Shown here: positions 57,018-64,000 of the stretch, piece after piece
Numbering within the stretch: the stretch's first letter is position 1
Layout of the letters: each line of letters opens with the position of its first letter
DNA from: Eledone cirrhosa
Lineage: Eukaryota
Length of the DNA: 64,000 bases
Reading direction: 5' to 3'
Assembly (NCBI GenBank): GCA_964016885.1
Contig: OZ024755.1
Span: forward strand, 17,670,001-17,734,000
Notes under the pieces: model-generated
The model's database searches: none
What the model saw: the letters and a program-made list of their open reading frames with translations, nothing else
What the model was told of the DNA's origin: nothing
Translations under genes and position numbers: made by a program

Positions 57018-58118
57018 AATTCAAATCCCGCCGAGGGTAACTTTGCCTTTCATCCTTACGGGGTCGATAAAATAAAGTACCAGTAATGCACTGGGGTAAT
57101 TAATGGCCACCATATTGCTGGAGATATACAACTAACGTGGAGAGCTTTTTAACTGCTTAAACTGGATTAAGGTACCAGTTTCACATTGTGGCCTTGTCCC
57201 TAAATCAGAAACCATTATTACATCTGGGTTCAAATCCCACCGAGGTTAACTTTGCCTTTCATCCTTACAGGGTCGATTAAATAAAATACCAGTAATACAC
57301 TGCGGTCGATTTAATCAACTTTCCCCTCCCCAAATATTGGTGGCCTTGTGCCTACGGCCCTTTACAGTATGAGTTCAAATTTTGCCGAGGTTAACTTTGT
57401 CTTTCATCATTACGGGGTCGATAAAATAAAAGTACCAGTAATGTACTGGGGTAATTGCTGGCCTTGTGCCAAACGTAGAAACAATTATTACATTTGTGGT
57501 GGATTGGCAGTATCATTAGAGCATCAGACAACATGCTGTGTAGCTTATAGTTACGGCCCTTTACAGTCTGAGTTCAAATCCCACCGAGGTTAACTTTGCC
57601 TTTCATCCTTACGGGGTTGATAAAATAAAGTACCAGTAACGTACTGGGGGTGATTTAATCGACTTTCCCCTCCTCCCAAATTACTGGCCTTGTGCCTATA
57701 CTAGAACTCCCTATTATTAGGTCAGTGTCAATACACTGACCTAATAATTGGTAGAGTGTCAGACAATATGCTTTGCAGCAGTGTTATGGTCCTTTAAGTT
57801 CTGAGTTCAAATCCCTGCCAAGGTTGGCTTTGTCTTTCATCCTTACGGGGGTCGATAAAATAAAGTACCAGTAATGCACTGGGGTAGATTTAATCGATTT
57901 TCCCCTCCCCTAAAATTGCTGGTCTTGTGCATAAAATCAGAAACTATCATTATTATTATTTATATTATGCTTTCTAGCATAGTTACGTCCCTTTACAGTC
58001 TGAGTTCAAATCCCGCCGAGGTTAACTTTGCCTTTCATCCTTACGGGGTCGATAAAATAAAGTACCAGTAATGCACTGGGTAATTGCTGGCCTTGTGCCT
58101 AAAGTAGAAACAATTATT
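57018..58118 (+). mobile_element. Head-to-tail array of about 6 family-1 SINE copies or fragments; others at 47770-48030(+), 54432-54617(-), 55906-56085(+), 60327-60660(+)
   Basis: TTCAAATCC...AACTTTGCCTTTCATCCTTACGGGGTCGATAAAATAAAGTACCAG repeated at about 57020, 57230, 57373, 57573, 57805 and 58004. Confidence 0.8.
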
Positions 58119-58145
58119 ATTATTTATATTTATTTTTTCTTTCAG

Positions 58146-58258
58146 ACAAAAATTGTTTATCAGAAATTCCTGCCAACTTTTCTTGGCTTTGGTTTATAGG
58201 AAGCATTATCTTCATGGCATCATCAATGTTTTGCAAGGAACAAGGTATCACTGTTATA
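58146..58258 (+). CDS. TMTC4: TMTC4-like coding exon 4 (not in the ORF track); gene continues past the window
   Basis: TTTCTTTCAG acceptor. Phase matches the previous exon (G|AC = Asp). Encodes DKNCLSEIPANFSWLWFIGSIIFMASSMFCKEQGITVI with the conserved KEQGIT motif. GTAAGT donor at 58259. Confidence 0.92.
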
Positions 58259-58486
58259 GTAAGTCTGTTATAATGTCTAAGATCTCTGCATAAATCTTCA
58301 CTATATTTGGTACAATACTGTTCTCTCCACACAATATGGCAGCTACCGTTCAGCCCAAGGTCAGACCTGATCAAGTGAACCCATTATCGAAAATGTTTTT
58401 GTTTTTGTGTGTGTGTGATTTATTGTTTTGGATTTTTTTTCTCAATTTTTAAATATCATTGTCTTAGTGTTGTATGTAATGAGATA

Positions 58487-59005
58487 GATAAAAAGCACTC
58501 TGTCCACTCTGTAAGGTGGTAGTGCTGGTATCATGATAAAAAGCACCCAGTCCATCCTGTAAGGTGGTAGTGCTGGTATCATGATAAAAAGCACCCTGTC
58601 CACCCTGTAAGGCGGTAGTGCTGGTGTCATGATAAAAAGCCCCCAGTCCACCTTGTAAGGTGGTAGTGCTGGTATCATGATAAAAAGCACCCAGTCCATC
58701 CTGTAAGGTGGTAGTGCTGGTATCATGATAAAAAGCCCCCAGTCCACCCTGTAAGGTGGTAGTGCTGGTATCATGATAAAAAGCCCCCAGTCCATCCTGT
58801 AAGGTGGTAGTGCTGGTATCATGATAAAAAGCACCCAGTCCACCCTGTAAGGTGGTAGTGCTGGTATCATGATAAAAAGCCCCCAGTCCACCCTGTAAGG
58901 TGGTAGTGCTGGTATCATGATAAAAAGCCCCCAGTCCACCCTGTAAGGTGGTAGTGCTGGTGATATGACAAAAAGTATTCAGTCCATCTTGCTGGTATCA
59001 TGATA
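58487..59005. repeat. 48-bp minisatellite, about 10 copies, derived from a SINE internal segment
   Basis: Unit GATAAAAAGC(A/C)CCCAGTCCA(C/T)CCTGTAAGGTGGTAGTGCTGGTATCAT. Confidence 0.9.
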
Positions 59006-59981
59006 ATGTCAGGTAAATATTAATTTGAGTTAATAAGAAAGACTGTAGGTGTACAGAGATAAATATTTTGAATCAATGAACCTATTTACTTGCTTGACAT
59101 GTTAGAAATCAAGCCAGAATCATTACCATCTTTAAAAAGACGAGGACAAATGGTATATAATGCAGTCTTAGATATATAAAGACAACAAAGAGGCACATGG
59201 CTTAGTGGTTAGAGCATTGGCCTTGCAATCAAAAGGTTGTGAGTTCAATTCTCAGACCGGGTGATGTGTTGTTTCCTTGAGCAAGACACTTTATTTCACA
59301 TTGCTCCAGTTTACTCAGCTGTAGAAATCATTCCACTGCAAAGTGGTTGTGGAGGTGCCACGGCAAAAAAGCACCCAGCACTCACTGTAAAGGAGGTTGG
59401 TGTTAGGAAGGACATCCAGCTGTAGAAATCAAGCCAGAATCAGTTCTCGTCCCACCCTTGCAAGCAGGGGAAAGCGGACGTAAAATGATGGTGATGATGA
59501 AACTAGATGGTCTATTTTCCCTGGGTTAGATGCGTTGTCATGATCTGTGGCTTCACGAGTCAGATGGTGGCTATGCCTGGCTCATAGGCTCCACTTTGGG
59601 CTTGGTTTCTATCACACTATGTCCTTCCAAATGCCAGCCCCTTTACAGTGTGTACTGGGAGCAAAGAACTGAATCAATCCTTCAACAACTCTGAACATTA
59701 TCATCATCATCATCGTTTAACGTCCATCTTCCACGCTTGCATGGGTTTGGACGGGAATTTTCCCACTTGAGGCAAGAGTGGTTGTCTTGCTCGTATAGGA
59801 CTGTCTGGCAGGTTTTCTATGGCTGGATGCCCTTCCTAACACCAACCACGTTTACAGTGTGGACTGGGAGGTTTTTACCGTGTTACCTACACGGCCACAT
59901 TACAGCGTGGACTGTGTCCTTTTTTTGTCGTGACACCTACACGACCTCATTTGTTTCAGACTGGATGTTGTGGTACCAACA

Positions 59982-60325
59982 TAACTTTACATTGAATTCA
60001 ATGTGTCTAACACCCATGATCATACTTACAACATCAAAAAACAGCATAGATCCTCTCACTTTCAGAAACATTTTTTCATGCTCAGAGTCGCTGAAGCATG
60101 GAACAGACTACCTGCATCAGTTGTTACCTGTCGGGACAATGCATCCTTCAAAACTTCTATGCTTCCTGAAATTCACCAACACTACAGCTGATATTCCCCC
60201 TCCATACACACACACACACACACACGCATGTATCTTTGTACATTGTTCTATGTACCATATATGCACCTTTGATGAATGTAGTGCACCTGAGCACTGTTAA
60301 CAATAATTTTCATTATTATTATTAT
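59982..60325 (+). mobile_element. CR1-group LINE 3' fragment
   Basis: SNTHDH.Y.IKKQH...FQKHFFMLRVAEAWNRLPASVV...SFK matches the CR1-type ORF2 C-terminal pattern (TRGH...FFS.RV...WN.LP..VV). The 3' UTR ends GCACCTGAGCACTG...(ATT)n. A tail-only copy lies on the minus strand at about 54622-54672. Confidence 0.7.
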
Positions 60326-62913
60326 CATTCAAATCCCGCCGAGGTTAACTTTGCCTTTCATCCCTACGGGGTCGATAAAATAAAGTACCAGTCACGCCCT
60401 GGGGTCGATTTAATCGACTTTGCCCTCCCCCAAAATTGCTGGCCTTGTGCCTATATAAGAAACCATTATTGGCAGTATCGGTAGAGGGTCGGACGCCATG
60501 CTTTGACGCAAAGAGTTACGGCCCTTTCCATTCTGAGTTCAAATCCCGCCGAAGTTAACTTTGCATTTCATCCTTTCGGGGTCGATAAAATAAAGTACCA
60601 GTAATACACTGAGTAATTGCTGGCCTTGTGCCTATATAAGAAACCATTATTATTATTATTACCCTGCTGTATAACTGACTGTTTTTTTAAGCTAGAAGAG
60701 ATGAAAGTCAAATATGTAAAAAAAAAATTTTAAATTGAGTGAATCAAACTAAATGTATTAGTACTAACTATTGTCTTTCTAAATAGAAGACCAAATTAAC
60801 CTAAGAAAAAGAATATATAGAAGTAGTATCTCGTTTGAGTTTCGTCTTCCTACGCATTTCTACAACATCCCCACTGTACAAATATTACCATTAATCCAAG
60901 TAGGAATAATGTGAGCAAATTATCATGAAGGGAGGTAACTATGGATACACTCCAGGAAGAAAATTAAGTGAACTTAAACAGTTAATTACAGACGGAAATA
61001 CATCATGATTCTCATTGTAATGTTTTTATTGTTATAATTTTTTTTTTTTTTTTTGCTCTAGTGGTGCATGGCTAAAATGTCACAGAGCTCAACCCCTGAC
61101 ATAGATAATTGTGGGAATAGTTTGAGATTTACTCAATTTAACGACATCATTTATTCATAAAGTATTCATCTGTGTGATATTTTTTTCCTAGTTTCATTTT
61201 TTTTTCAAACCCTCACCCCCACCCGCACCATTTTTATTCAACTTAAGATTTTCATTTTGCTGAATTTAACGAAGAAGTAATCTTTTTGGTAATTTTAATT
61301 AGAAGTCTCCTACAAAATGAAATTAACTGAACAATTTTTCAATTCTAAAGGAAGGTTATATGATTGTTTTGTTTTTTTTTAATATTCTCTAAGAAACCTT
61401 TTGCTTTGATGTATATGTTTTTTGAATGTGTGGCTGAGTGGTTAAGGTGTTGGACTCACAGTAGTGAGGTTGCAAGTTTGATTCATTAAGAAACCAGGCA
61501 GGGTGTTGTGTCTTTGAGCAAGACACTTTATTTTGAAACATGTTTAGTGAAGGTGTATGACTTAGTGGTAATGGCACGTGGCTTTCTGGTTAGGATATTC
61601 AGCTCACAATTATAAGGTCAGGAGTTCGATTCCTGGTGTCGCGTTGTGTCTTTGAGCAAGACACTTTATTTTGAAACATGTTTAGTGAAGGTGTATGACT
61701 TAGTGGTAATGGCACGTGGCTTTCTGGTTAGGATATTCAGCTCACAATTATAAGGTCAGGAGTTCGATTCCTGGTGGCGCGTTGTGTCTTTGAGCAAGAC
61801 ACTTTATTTTGAAACATGTGATTTCTGAAGGTGTATGGCTTAGTGGTAAAGTTGCTAGGCTAACAATTGTGAGGTTGCGGGTTTGATTCATAAATAAACC
61901 AAGCGATGCACTGAGTCTTTGAGCAAGACACTTCATTCCACTCCACATTTCACGTTATTTCAATGTTTTACAGCCAGATGCCTTTCCTGATGCCAACCAT
62001 TTTTGTCAACTCTTATGACACTCAGGGCTATGATGTATCTATTCTAAAAACTGGGATGTACACATTCTACTTTAAAAACAGAAATAAGAAAAAGGGTGGG
62101 GGTTTTGTGTGTGTGTTTTAAAGATATAGATGATCAATCTGAAAAATCAATAACTATCAATTACTTTTCAAAACAAACTAAATTCCTATAATAAAGCATC
62201 ATCATCATCATCATCGTTTAACGTCCATCTTCCATGCTAGCATGGGTTGGACGGTTTTGTTCCACTTGAGGCAAGATTGATCGGGTGACCGTGTCTTGCT
62301 CGTATAGGACTGTACCTGGCAGGTTTTCTATGGCTGGATGCCCTTCCTAACACCAACCACATTTACAGAGTGGACTGGGAGCCTTTTTACTGTGTCTCCT
62401 ACATGACCACTCTATAGTGTGGACTCTATTTATCATTTTCAGAGAGACTCAAAATTACAAAGTAGGGCTTTTGAATACTAGGTACCCCTGTCCGATGGAT
62501 TTCCACATAGATTAATTTTTTTTTAAAACCCTGCTGCACCTTCTGGATGCATAGGACCCTTATAAACTCTTTCCTTACTGGTGAGGGTTTGGGACTTATG
62601 ATAATAAGGTCGTTGATTCAATTCCTGCTCCAGGCAACATTTCATTTCATGTTGCTTTATTTAGTCTATTCAGCTGTAAAAAAAATGAGTACTACCAACA
62701 GCTGGGGGTAAACCCCTGCAATGGACTGGTGCCCAGCCTAAGGAGGTCTCTTTATATGATTGAGCTAGGGTCGCCATCATTAAGAAGGCTGAGAAAGCTC
62801 TCATGAAATGCAACTTTGTAGAAGGCCAGCTAAACCTACTACATTCCACTACATTCCACAGTAATTTTGTGAGTTTATGGACAGACTCTATTTTACATTG
62901 AACTTGATACCAG

Positions 62914-62960
<47 letters not shown>

Positions 62961-63709
62961 ATATATATTATATATATTATATATATATATATTATATATA
63001 TTATATATATATATTATATATATATATATATTTTTTTTTTTTCACACACCCTTACTGTGTTTGTTCTGGTTGTTCAATCAATTATAAGGAAGATTACACA
63101 TACACCACACACACACACATACACACACACACACACACCATACACACACGTACACGTACACACACACACCACACCCATACACACCACACACACCACATAC
63201 ACCAAACACACACCACACATACACACACTACACATACACACACTACACATACACACACACCCCACACACTACACATACACACACACACCACACATACACA
63301 CACACACCACACATACACACACCACACACACACCACACACACACCCCACACACACATACACCACACACACACACACACACACACACAAATATAAATAAGA
63401 GGCTAATTGTAGCCAAGAGACAAGATGGCTGAAATCACAAGTACATGGTGATGATGATGATTGTATTAAAGGTAGTTGTAACCCAGCTCTGGGCTTTGCT
63501 GTTAAACAAAGAATTCATTCTTTCTTAACACTGATAAATTATTCATATATTCAGCACATTGGCTTTGTTTTGTAAAGATGGAAACTGAATGTGGTTACTA
63601 ATTAGACTTGCTAGAAATGACAACAGAATCTGCCTCAACTAATGGTTTCTGATTTAGGAACAAGGCCAACAATTTTGAGAGAGGGGAGATGATTATGATT
63701 ATATATAAA

Positions 63710-64000
63710 TAATGGTTGTGTAGGTGTCATGACAAAAAACACCCAGCCCACACTGTAAAATGGTTGTGTAGGTGTCATGACAAAAAACACCCAGTCCACA
63801 CTGTAAAATGGTTGTGTAGGTGTCATGACAATAAGCACCCAGTCCACACTGTAAAATGGTTGTGTAGGTGTCATGACAAAAAACACCCAGTCCACACTGT
63901 AAAATGGTTGTGTAGGTGTCATGACAATAAGCACCCAGTCCACTCTGTAAAATGGTTGTGTAGGTGTCATGACAATAAGCACTCAGTCCACTCTGTAAAA
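63710..64000. repeat. 48-bp minisatellite, at least 6 copies, running off the window
   Basis: Unit CACCCAGTCCACACTGTAAAATGGTTGTGTAGGTGTCATGACAA(TAAG/AAAA). Confidence 0.9.

Noticed and set aside
58442-58939. 165-aa repetitive ORF (and 63635..63982)
   Set aside because: The product of a 48-bp (16-codon) minisatellite derived from SINE sequence.

Overview
AT-rich, microsatellite-saturated eukaryotic DNA. The repeat content (tRNA-derived SINEs with CORE-like and Meta/MESC-like central domains, (GAT)n-tailed RTE-type ends) points to an octopod cephalopod; the taxon is an inference. The only protein-coding gene I can support is the 5' part of a + strand TMTC-family protein O-mannosyltransferase, best matching TMTC4. 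It has four coding exons (16673-17019, 46972-47179, 56156-56243, 58146-58258; 756 nt, 252 aa) with GT-AG introns in consistent phase, and it continues beyond the window. The rest is transposon debris: a DD37D/maT-type Tc1-mariner relic, hAT-, piggyBac- and mariner-type MITEs, L1/Tx1-, CR1- and RTE-like 3' fragments, many SINEs, and micro/minisatellites. Nearly all long ORFs in the supplied track are repeat artefacts. The main unexplained signal is a set of short non-coding cassettes from several unrelated families, each embedded in (TA)n/(CA)n tracts. They carry type I hammerhead ribozyme folds: five with an intact core (6053-6117, 6244-6314, 38751-38797, 38953-39014, 40294-40349) plus several degenerate or half copies. 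They are often built as long perfect palindromes. This resembles a diverse, microsatellite-targeting population of non-autonomous Penelope-like/retrozyme elements. Folds were assigned by eye; no activity or database evidence is available.
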